Assembly: GCA_021823085.1 (NCBI GenBank)
Contig: JAKAPG010000001.1
Location: 1 to 33,483, forward strand
Direction of reading: 5' to 3'
Length of the DNA stretch: 33,483 bases
Origin: Thermoplasmata archaeon
Lineage (GTDB): Archaea; Thermoplasmatota; Thermoplasmata; Lutacidiplasmatales; UBA184
The position numbers were made by a program, and so were the translations under genes. Below are positions 17,071 through 24,246 of this stretch, one piece after another. Positions within the stretch are counted from its first letter, which is position 1. Each line of letters starts with the position of its first letter. Below the pieces are notes generated by a model, which saw only the letters and a list, made by a program, of their open reading frames with translations, was not told the DNA's origin and did not search any database.

Positions 17071-18309
17071 TCAGTGGGCATCGTGAACTTCGAGAACGTC
17101 CAGGCTCTCGACCTTCAGCGGGACCCCCGTGATCCCGGCGAGGCTCGGATCGGTGCGCCCTCCATCTCCTTCCACCCACTCCTTGACGTACGTTCCCGCC
17201 TCGGTGCGCAGTTCGATGGTGAACCTTCCCGGCTCCCACGACGCGAGGTCGGCCGCGACGATCCGCCGCCGTCGAACGCGGTCGGAACGCCGGTGCGCGA
17301 CCCGGGTCGGGGTGCGTTGGGCGAGGGTTCGGGCGAGCGCGAGCGACAGAGCCTCCTTAACCTTTGCTTCGGAAAGCTCGCCCAGGACCACGACTCGGTA
17401 GCTCTTCTCCGGGGTCGCCTCCTTCACTTGGACCACCTCGACCGGGTCGGCCGGGCGGAGGCCATCGACCTCCACGCGCCCTCCCGAGATGGCGGGGATC
17501 TCCTTGGCGAGCGCCGTCACATCGATCGAGCGACGGTGGGGTCGGCGGATCTCGAGAACGAACGGCCGGCCACCTCCGAGCATCCGGGCGTCGATGTCCT
17601 CGCGCCCCATCCCGTGGAAGCGCGTGCCTTCCCCCGCGGTCGCGCTCAGCACCGGCGCGGCGATCAGCTCCTCGACGCTCTCCGCATACGTCTTCCCGGT
17701 CCCGCCGCACTTCTCGCATCCGCGCCCACGGCATGCGCGGCACGGCCAACGGGTCTGCGGAAGGGTGCGATCGAGCTTGCGGTAGCGCCCGTAGAGGTAC
17801 AGCGGCTGGATCGTGACCCGGACCTGCCCTACGGGGAGGTCTGCGAGGAACACGACGTCCGGGCGCTCGCTTCCCCCCGCGGCGCTCGTCGCCGTCTCGA
17901 CCCTCTTCCCGAGCTCCCGATTGAACGCCGATCGGATGCTCTCCGCCGAAGGCGAGCCGACCGCCCGGGCGAGCTCCTCCTCCCGGGCCAGGTCCTCCGG
18001 CTCCCAGCGGGAGCCGCAGGTGAATCGATGGAACTCGATCCCCTGGCCCGCTCGGACCACGCGTTCGACCCAGACCGGGATCCGTTCGAACGCTCCGCGG
18101 CACAGGGAGCACTGGACCCCGCTGCAGAAGGAGAGGGAGGGGAGTCGTTCCCGGAGCCGTTGGGCGCGTTCCGGATTGGTAAGCCCTCGGCCCTGGCGGC
18201 CAAAGAGTCGGCCGAAGCATTCGGCGCACAGCGCCTGCGAGCTCGCGCGCTCGGCGATCGCAAGCATTTCGGCCGAAATGTCGAACGGGACCACGGAGGC
18301 TTCGCCCAT
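17071..18309 (-). CDS. pus10: tRNA pseudouridine synthase Pus10
   Basis: N-terminal CAECFGRLFG...CSLCRG zinc-binding THUMP-like part. Catalytic part contains YGRYRKLDRTLPQTRW, CxxCxGxGCxxCxGTG, FHGMGREDIDARMLGGGRPFVLE and AHRRSDRVR. Start is ATG 18309 (MGEASVV). The 91 residues before it in the track ORF cross the promoter. Confidence 0.9.
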   Translation of the reverse strand: MGEASVVPFDISAEMLAIAERASSQALCAECFGRLFGRQGRGLTNPERAQRLRERLPSLSFCSGVQCSLCRGAFERIPVWVERVVRAGQGIEFHRFTCGSRWEPEDLAREEELARAVGSPSAESIRSAFNRELGKRVETATSAAGGSERPDVVFLADLPVGQVRVTIQPLYLYGRYRKLDRTLPQTRWPCRACRGRGCEKCGGTGKTYAESVEELIAAPVLSATAGEGTRFHGMGREDIDARMLGGGRPFVLEIRRPHRRSIDVTALAKEIPAISGGRVEVDGLRPADPVEVVQVKEATPEKSYRVVVLGELSEAKVKEALSLALARTLAQRTPTRVAHRRSDRVRRRRIVAADLASWEPGRFTIELRTEAGTYVKEWVEGDGGRTDPSLAGITGVPLKVESLDVLEVHDAH

Positions 18310-18337
18310 CGCCGGAACCTGCCTCGGTCCGGCCGAG

Positions 18338-18345
18338 GGCAAAAG
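18338..18345 (-). promoter_or_regulatory. T-rich TATA-like element (CTTTTGCC) of the pus10 operon
   Basis: About 30 nt upstream of ATG 18309. The same CTTTTG(C) element is seen 26-32 nt upstream of three other first genes (see findings). Confidence 0.4.
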
Positions 18346-18406
18346 CTTGTCGCGGTCCCCGCGACTGAGCCCTTTTCCCTGCGGAGGGGTTGCCCGCCGG
18401 AGGATC

Positions 18407-18844
18407 GTGCCCGATTCGGACGCGGCGAAGGAGAGTACACGCTCGGTCACCGAGCAGGAGCTCGCTCTCGCGATCGAGCGCACGCTCGTGGCCCACGGAC
18501 GTATCCCGGCCTCCGAGGCTGCGCCGACGGCCCGGATGGTCCTCGGGTACTTCGGCCCGGACGACGCGGTGCTGGACAACACCCTTCAGGGAGAGGACCG
18601 CGACCGCTTCTACTGGCTGGAGGACGAGGGCTTGCTCACGAGCCAAGAGGAGGACGCTACGGTCTCCCAGGGTCGGAGCTGGCGCATCCACTATTGGATC
18701 CTCCAGAAGACCCGGATCCGGGAAGTCGTGAAGGAGGCACAGGGTCGGGCCGCCTCGGGCGAGGCGTCCTCCGCCGTCTACGCGTCCATCGGCGAGCGCG
18801 ATTGGCGTCACGAGGACCGGCCCTCGGCCCCAGGTCCCGGCTGA
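18407..18844 (+). CDS. conserved hypothetical protein (~145 aa)
   Basis: This is the 3' part of a 343-aa track ORF, whose upstream part is antisense to pus10. The sequence looks coding from GTG 18407 and includes ELALAIERTLVAHGRIP...FYWLEDEGLL...WRIHYWILQK. GGAGGA lies at 18399-18404 and CTTTTC at 18372-18377. GTG 18488 and ATG 18536 are alternative starts. Confidence 0.6.
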   Translation: MPDSDAAKESTRSVTEQELALAIERTLVAHGRIPASEAAPTARMVLGYFGPDDAVLDNTLQGEDRDRFYWLEDEGLLTSQEEDATVSQGRSWRIHYWILQKTRIREVVKEAQGRAASGEASSAVYASIGERDWRHEDRPSAPGPG

Positions 18845-18971
18845 CGGAAGGAGCACCCTCCGCGCCGATGTCCGGGCTCAAGATGCCCGTAGGTCCGTCG
18901 TTGCGAGGAGGGGTTGGACCACGAGCGCGGACGGCCCGTTCCGGGGGAGCCTGCCCTGCGAGGGCCGGCGC

Positions 18972-21497
18972 ATGGCCGCGGAGCGTCTCGCTCGTGCGGT
19001 GGCCGGTTCGGCCCGCGGTTCGGGCATCGTCTTCGAGCAGCGCTGCGGGGGGACGGAGGTCCGTCTCACCGCGCGATCGATCCCGATGGTACCGGGAATC
19101 CTTCCGGAGCCTGTCCGGCGTCCGAGACCGAACATCCTCGCGGATGGGGCCCGGCCTAACGGTGAGCTCGAGATAGAGTTCGGTTTCCTGGTCCAAAGCT
19201 CGCCGCCCAGCCCTGCACCCCGAGCGGACGGGGTGGGATCGGTCGGACCAACCCTCTTCCCTTCGTTCCCCATCGCAGGCGCCGAAGCGACGATCCAAAC
19301 CTTCTGGCTCCCCCGCGGGCGAGGTTCGGTCGCGGTGGCACGGCGCTATGCCGTCTCCTCTCACGGAGCCCCCACGTCCGATCCCGAAGCGGCCCTCGTG
19401 AAGGCTCTCCTGGTCGAGGACTGGGCGCTACGCTCGCAACGACCGTGCCGAGCGCAACCGTTCCGGCCCTTTCGAGGTACTCGCGATTGGCTCGAGCTGC
19501 GTGCGCGCCATCTTCCTGCGGGGGCTTGGGTCGAGCTCCCGCCGGCGGGCGCGGCTCGGACCGTCGAGGGTCCCCGACCGCCGCGGCCCGCCGCGTCGTT
19601 CGCCGACCTTCCGGCGCATCTCGCGGCCTTCGGCGCGACCGGGTCGGGAAAGACCTCCTGCCTCGCCGAGATCGGCGCGGAGGCCATCTGCCGCGGCACG
19701 AGCGTTGTCGCCGTCGACCTCCACGGGGATCTCGCGCCGGCGATCGCCGCCCGCACACCGCCCGAGCTCCGGGATCGGATCCTGGCGATCGACGTGACCG
19801 AGCGACCGGTGCCCGGTCTCGATGTTCTGGGATCCGCCCAGGGTCGGATCGACGACCGCCTCGCTGCTCATGTGGTCGCGGCGCTCAAGCGTCTGAGCCC
19901 GGATGGGGAGGAGATCTACTGGGGGTTCCGGCTCGAACGGATCTTCGACTCGTTCGTGCGGATCGCTCAGGAGGAGGGAGGATCGCTCGTCGACCTCGCC
20001 GAGCTCCTTTCCCGCCCCGAGCGAAGGGAGGCCGCGCGGTGGAGCACCCGTCGGGCCGAACTCGCCCAGTTCCTCGAAGAGGTCGAGCCGGTCGCGCGCC
20101 GTCAGCCCGAGATCCTCTGGGCGGCGGGGGCCCGCCTGTCGAAGGTGGTGCTCGTTCCCGCGCTCCGCGAACTGCTCGCCCCCGAGATCCCGGGCTGGTC
20201 GCTCGAGCCGCTTCGCTCCGACGGAAGGTCTCTCCTGCTTCGCCTCCCGTTCGCGGAGATCGGGCCCGAGGCGGCCGGGCTCGCCGCGAGCCTCCTCCTC
20301 GGTCGCCTGTACCTCGAGGTCGCCCGCGCTCCGTCCCCGACCCGCCCGGTCCTGTTCCTGCTCGACGAGGCCCACGCCCTCTCTCCGCGCCTCCTGACCG
20401 AGATCGTGACCGAGGGCCGGAAGTTCGGCGTCCGCGCCGTGGTCGCGACCCAGTACCCGGGCCGTTTCGCGAGGGAGGTCGAGGTCGCCGTAGCGGGTTC
20501 GGTGGGCGATTACCTCTGCTTCCGGATCCCCCCCGCGAGCGCGGCTTCCTCGGCTCGGTGGTTAGGCCTGGACCCGACCACCTCGGCCGAGGCGCTCGCC
20601 CGCCTACCGAACGGAACGGCGTGGCGCCTCGGGGGCGAGTTCGAGCCGGTGGCCGTCTCGGACCCGGTCGCGTCGGACGCAGGCGCTTGGCGAGCGCTCG
20701 TCCGGAGAAGTCGCCCACCGGGAACGGAGCCGGGGATCGAGACGAACCCGTCGACAATCCGGTTCGGCCCGGATCCCCGGGTCGAGTCCCTGCTCCTGGC
20801 GGCCACCGTCCTCGGGGAAGACTGTCCCGAAGGGTTCACGCCGTCCGAGTTGATCGAGGAGGCGCGCTCGAACGGACCGACCGGTGTCGATGTCTCCGAG
20901 CTGGCGGTCGCCTGGCGCGCTCTTTTGCGCGCGCGCTGGGTCGACCCGGCCGAGGACGGTCGATATCGACTCAACGCGCGCGGTGCCGCGGCGCTCGGCC
21001 AGGGCCGATCGACCGGGGCGATCCGGGAGACCTCGGAGCACCGGGCGCTCCTTCGCCTCGCACGGGGGATCCTGGCCCGGCGGGGTTGCCGGTTCGAGGT
21101 CGTGCGCCAAGGGCGCTTTGACACGACCCTGCCCGACGGCCGGATCCGACTCGTACCGGCGGATCGGCTCGACGCTCCTCCGGTCGAACGGGCCGCCGCG
21201 CTGACCCGGGCGCAGGGCTCGTGGGCATGGAGGTTCTTCGGTGGCCGGGACGCCCACGTCGAGGCCGAGGTCAGCGGCGCGCTGCGACGCGAGCGCATCG
21301 ACCGAGGGCTCTCGAAGGCGCGCACGGCCGGTGCGTTCGCCCTCTTCCTCGTGGCGGACGCCGAACGCGCGCGTCGCGTGCGGAGCATCCTCCACGAGAA
21401 GGGGCTCGTGCCGGACCGTGCCCAGGTCTGGACGCTGAGCTCGGCCGCGGCGGTGCGCCGGATCCCGCCGGGGGCGGCAACGCGGGGTCCTCCCTAG
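18972..21497 (+). CDS. HerA/FtsK-superfamily P-loop ATPase with C-terminal winged-helix and PD-(D/E)xK-like nuclease-fold domains
   Basis: 841-aa ORF. Walker A is FGATGSGKTS (nt 19629-19658). Walker B is HerA-style LFLLDEAHALSP (20352-20387), followed by GRKFGVRAVVATQYP (20415-20459). The C-terminal ~130 aa read as alpha-beta-beta-beta-alpha-beta, with SEH...PDG...VEAEVS...SKAR. The N-terminal ~210 codons have visibly weaker GC3 bias, so the exact start is uncertain. Confidence 0.75.
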   Translation: MAAERLARAVAGSARGSGIVFEQRCGGTEVRLTARSIPMVPGILPEPVRRPRPNILADGARPNGELEIEFGFLVQSSPPSPAPRADGVGSVGPTLFPSFPIAGAEATIQTFWLPRGRGSVAVARRYAVSSHGAPTSDPEAALVKALLVEDWALRSQRPCRAQPFRPFRGTRDWLELRARHLPAGAWVELPPAGAARTVEGPRPPRPAASFADLPAHLAAFGATGSGKTSCLAEIGAEAICRGTSVVAVDLHGDLAPAIAARTPPELRDRILAIDVTERPVPGLDVLGSAQGRIDDRLAAHVVAALKRLSPDGEEIYWGFRLERIFDSFVRIAQEEGGSLVDLAELLSRPERREAARWSTRRAELAQFLEEVEPVARRQPEILWAAGARLSKVVLVPALRELLAPEIPGWSLEPLRSDGRSLLLRLPFAEIGPEAAGLAASLLLGRLYLEVARAPSPTRPVLFLLDEAHALSPRLLTEIVTEGRKFGVRAVVATQYPGRFAREVEVAVAGSVGDYLCFRIPPASAASSARWLGLDPTTSAEALARLPNGTAWRLGGEFEPVAVSDPVASDAGAWRALVRRSRPPGTEPGIETNPSTIRFGPDPRVESLLLAATVLGEDCPEGFTPSELIEEARSNGPTGVDVSELAVAWRALLRARWVDPAEDGRYRLNARGAAALGQGRSTGAIRETSEHRALLRLARGILARRGCRFEVVRQGRFDTTLPDGRIRLVPADRLDAPPVERAAALTRAQGSWAWRFFGGRDAHVEAEVSGALRRERIDRGLSKARTAGAFALFLVADAERARRVRSILHEKGLVPDRAQVWTLSSAAAVRRIPPGAATRGPP

Positions 21498-22336
21498 GTC
21501 TTCCTGCGAGTTCGTATGCTCGCGGGTTGGTATCGCGGGGCTCCTCCGAGCGACGGGAAGTCGTTCTCCCGGATGAGCCGGGCGATGTGCTGGAAGGCAT
21601 ACGTCACGAACCCGACCGCGGCGACGAGCCCGACCACGCTCGCGAGGTCGCCGACCGTGTTCGGGACGCCGAAGACCAGGAGGATCACGCCGAGCGAGAC
21701 GATCGCGTTGTAGGCGGCGTGCATCCCGACCGCTACGAGGTAGTAGCGGCCCGACGCCCCCGCCACGCCGCGCACGTGCGAGAGCGCGTAGCCGTAGCCG
21801 AACATCGCGGTCGAACTCGCGTGCAGGAGGACGCTCGAGACGCTGCGAACGAGGATGATCCCAATCGCCGCGGGCAGGCCGCCGACCGCGAAGGCGACGA
21901 TCGCATAGAGAGCGTCCTCGAAGAACCCGAAGCCGAGGCCGACCGAGGCTCCGAACACGGGCCCGTCCGCGACGAGCCGGATCCGCTTCTTCTGGCCGAC
22001 GACCCCGAGGGCCTTGAGCCCCTCTTCGACGAACGGAGCGATCACGAGGATCAGGAAGAACTCCCCGGCGGTCGAGTTCCCGTTGAGGAAGGTGAACTCC
22101 GGGCCGGGAACTGCCCGGGAGAGGGACGTGCCGGCCGCGACGAGGACGCCTTCGATGGTCGCCGCGACGATCGTGGCGATCACCGCGCCGTAGAGGAACG
22201 ACGTCGCGATCGGGCCCCATGCGATCGTCCGGTAGCGCTCGACGCCGCGGATCCAGACGAGGTAGATGACCGCCGGCACGAGGGCGATCACGAAGATCGC
22301 GAGGAAGTCGAGGAACTCGGTCGTGAGGTCGGTCAC
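21494..22336 (-). CDS. PrsW-family intramembrane protease
   Basis: 280-aa polytopic membrane protein with APFVEEGLKALG and MHAAYNAI motifs typical of PrsW-like proteases. GTG start at 22336 overlaps the hbd stop (GTGA). Confidence 0.8.
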   Translation of the reverse strand: MTDLTTEFLDFLAIFVIALVPAVIYLVWIRGVERYRTIAWGPIATSFLYGAVIATIVAATIEGVLVAAGTSLSRAVPGPEFTFLNGNSTAGEFFLILVIAPFVEEGLKALGVVGQKKRIRLVADGPVFGASVGLGFGFFEDALYAIVAFAVGGLPAAIGIILVRSVSSVLLHASSTAMFGYGYALSHVRGVAGASGRYYLVAVGMHAAYNAIVSLGVILLVFGVPNTVGDLASVVGLVAAVGFVTYAFQHIARLIRENDFPSLGGAPRYQPASIRTRRKT

Positions 22337-23229
22337 GATCCCCCTCCGCGAGCCGGGTACGGATAGAACCCCTCGGCGGACTTACGCCCGAGACGACCGG
22401 CCGCCACCATCTGGCGCAGCAACGGGCAGACGCGGTACTTCGGGTCCCGGAAACCGTCCCACAGCACGTCCAGGATCGCGACCGCCGTGTCGATCCCGAC
22501 CAGGTCCGCGAGCTCGAACGGCCCCATCGGGTGGTGGAACCCGAGGCGGTAGGCGGTGTCGATGTCGTCGCGGGTGGCGACCCCTTCCTGGAGCATCCAG
22601 GCCGCCTCGTTGATGAGGACGGCGAGGCCGCGGGTGGTCACGAACCCGGGAGAGTCTTTGGAGTGGACGACGGTCTTGCCGAGCTTCTTCGCGAACCGAT
22701 CGGCTCGCTCGACGATGTCGGGGCGCGTCCGGGCGCCCGGGATGAGCTCGACGAGCGGCATCTGGAGGACCGGATTGAAGAAGTGGACCCCGACGAGTCG
22801 GCCCGGGTCCCGGAGGACCTGCCCGATCTGGGTGATCGGCAGCGAGGAGGTGTTCGTCGCGAACAGGGCATCGGGCGCCGCCGCGGCCTCGATCTGACGG
22901 AAGAGCTCCTGCTTGATCTCGAGCTTCTCCGGCGCTGCCTCGAGGACGATCGAGGCGATCGATGCCCGGCGGAACCCGATCGCAACATCGATCCGGCCCG
23001 CGGCTTCCTCCCGGCTCACCAGGTCGAGCAGTCCCTTGTGCACCTGGCGGTCGAGCGCCCGCAACGCATTCGCCTTCCCTCGCTCGGCGAGCTCGGCGCT
23101 GACGTCCTCGAGCGTGACAAAGTATCCGGCAAGGGCCACCTGGGCCGCGATCCCGCTGCCCATGATCCCGGCGCCGACCACGAACAGGCGTTCCCCGACG
23201 GACCGCCGGGGGTCCGAGGCCGCGTTCAC
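22333..23229 (-). CDS. hbd: 3-hydroxyacyl-CoA / 3-hydroxybutyryl-CoA dehydrogenase
   Basis: Contains VVGAGIMGSGIAAQVA (Rossmann fold), ATNTSSLPIT, GVHFFNPV, DSPGFVTTR and a C-terminal dimerisation domain. GTG 23229 overlaps the upstream ttuA stop (GTGA). The rest of the 475-aa track ORF is off-frame. Confidence 0.9.
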   Translation of the reverse strand: MNAASDPRRSVGERLFVVGAGIMGSGIAAQVALAGYFVTLEDVSAELAERGKANALRALDRQVHKGLLDLVSREEAAGRIDVAIGFRRASIASIVLEAAPEKLEIKQELFRQIEAAAAPDALFATNTSSLPITQIGQVLRDPGRLVGVHFFNPVLQMPLVELIPGARTRPDIVERADRFAKKLGKTVVHSKDSPGFVTTRGLAVLINEAAWMLQEGVATRDDIDTAYRLGFHHPMGPFELADLVGIDTAVAILDVLWDGFRDPKYRVCPLLRQMVAAGRLGRKSAEGFYPYPARGGGS

Positions 23230-24170
23230 GACGTCTCCGGATCCGTCGGGGCGACGGCCGGTCGGACCCGGTCGAGGAACTCGCACGCCCGGCAGAGAGT
23301 CCCCGCAGCGGGGGCGCCGCACGAGCGGCAGCGTCCCGGTGCCCCGAGCTGCTCGAGAAACCCTCCGTCGACGAGCTCCCGATGCGTCCGCCGCAGCGCG
23401 TGCCGCGTTCCCGGCACTTCCTCCTCGAGCCGCCAGACGACCTCGCGGTAGACGTTGCGCCCGGCTCGGCCGGCGTGCGGGCACTCGCCGTGATCGAACG
23501 GAAGCCCCGTCAGCCGTGCATACAGGTAGACCTCCCGCTCGGGAACGTCGCCCAGCGGGGCGATCCGCGGGACGAGGCCGGGCTGGCGACTCCGGTGCGG
23601 AGCCATCCGGGCGAGGCGCCCGAGATCTCCGCGCGCGAGGTTCATGAGGATCGTTTGCGCGAGGTCGTCGAGGTTGAAGCCCAGGACGAGCGCGCTCGCA
23701 TCGGCCCGCCGAGCGAGGTCGTTGAGCAGGCGTCGGCGCCAGACGCCGCAGAACGAACACGGAATCGTGGTCGGGAGCGCGGCCGCGGCGCGATCGGTGG
23801 TCGTTCCGAGCTCGTCCTGGGCCCGGACGATCCGGTGCTCGACCCCGAGCTGCTGCGTGAGGCGCTCGGCCGCCCGGAGCGTGGCCGGTCGGTAGCCGGC
23901 GATCCCCTCATCGACGCTGATCGCGACGAGCTTCACGTTCGGTCGGCGGCCGAAATATCGTTGGGTCTGCGCGAGCGCGACCGAGGAGTCCTTTCCGCCC
24001 GAGAGCGCGACGGCGATCGTCCCACCGGGGAATCGAGGGATCTGACGGTGCAGCTCCCGGCGCACTCGCTCGTCCACCGACCGCAGGAAGTGCTTCTCGC
24101 ACAGGTGGGCGCCCGCGTACGGCTGGTCGATCACCGCGGTCTCGGGGCAGAGAGTGCACTCCACGGCCAT
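23226..24170 (-). CDS. ttuA: tRNA 2-thiolation PP-loop ATPase, TtuA/NcsA (Ctu1-like)
   Basis: N-terminal CTLC...CEKH zinc finger, PP-loop ALSGGKDSS, central CSFCGVWRR, and C-terminal CRSCG...CRAC finger. Start is ATG 24170 (MAVECTLCPE), which matches the N-termini of characterised TtuA proteins. Confidence 0.88.
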   Translation of the reverse strand: MAVECTLCPETAVIDQPYAGAHLCEKHFLRSVDERVRRELHRQIPRFPGGTIAVALSGGKDSSVALAQTQRYFGRRPNVKLVAISVDEGIAGYRPATLRAAERLTQQLGVEHRIVRAQDELGTTTDRAAAALPTTIPCSFCGVWRRRLLNDLARRADASALVLGFNLDDLAQTILMNLARGDLGRLARMAPHRSRQPGLVPRIAPLGDVPEREVYLYARLTGLPFDHGECPHAGRAGRNVYREVVWRLEEEVPGTRHALRRTHRELVDGGFLEQLGAPGRCRSCGAPAAGTLCRACEFLDRVRPAVAPTDPETS

Positions 24171-24185
24171 GCCCAGCCGGCGGCG

Positions 24186-24192
24186 ATATTTA
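24186..24192 (+). promoter_or_regulatory. AT-rich TATA-like element (ATATTTA) in the ttuA / membrane-protein divergent region
   Basis: Only AT-rich heptamer between the divergent starts. Its spacing fits a plus-strand transcription start near 24215, followed by GAGGG (24234-24238) and ATG 24247. It is too close to ATG 24170 to serve ttuA in the usual geometry. Confidence 0.4.
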
Positions 24193-24246
24193 GGTCGCCC
24201 GCGGGCCGCTATGTTTACCTGCGACGACCGGTCTGCGAGGGTCTCC

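Noticed and set aside
18914-19159. 81-aa ORF that begins just after a strong GAGGAGGGG sequence between the small gene and the ATPase gene
   Set aside because: The translation (MDHERGRPVPGEPALRGPAHGRGASRS...) is Arg/Gly/Pro-rich with poor codon periodicity. It overlaps the start of the better-supported 841-aa ORF.
16291-19176. 961-aa plus-strand ORF
   Set aside because: It is antisense to rpoF, rpl21e and pus10, all of which have clear identities on the minus strand.
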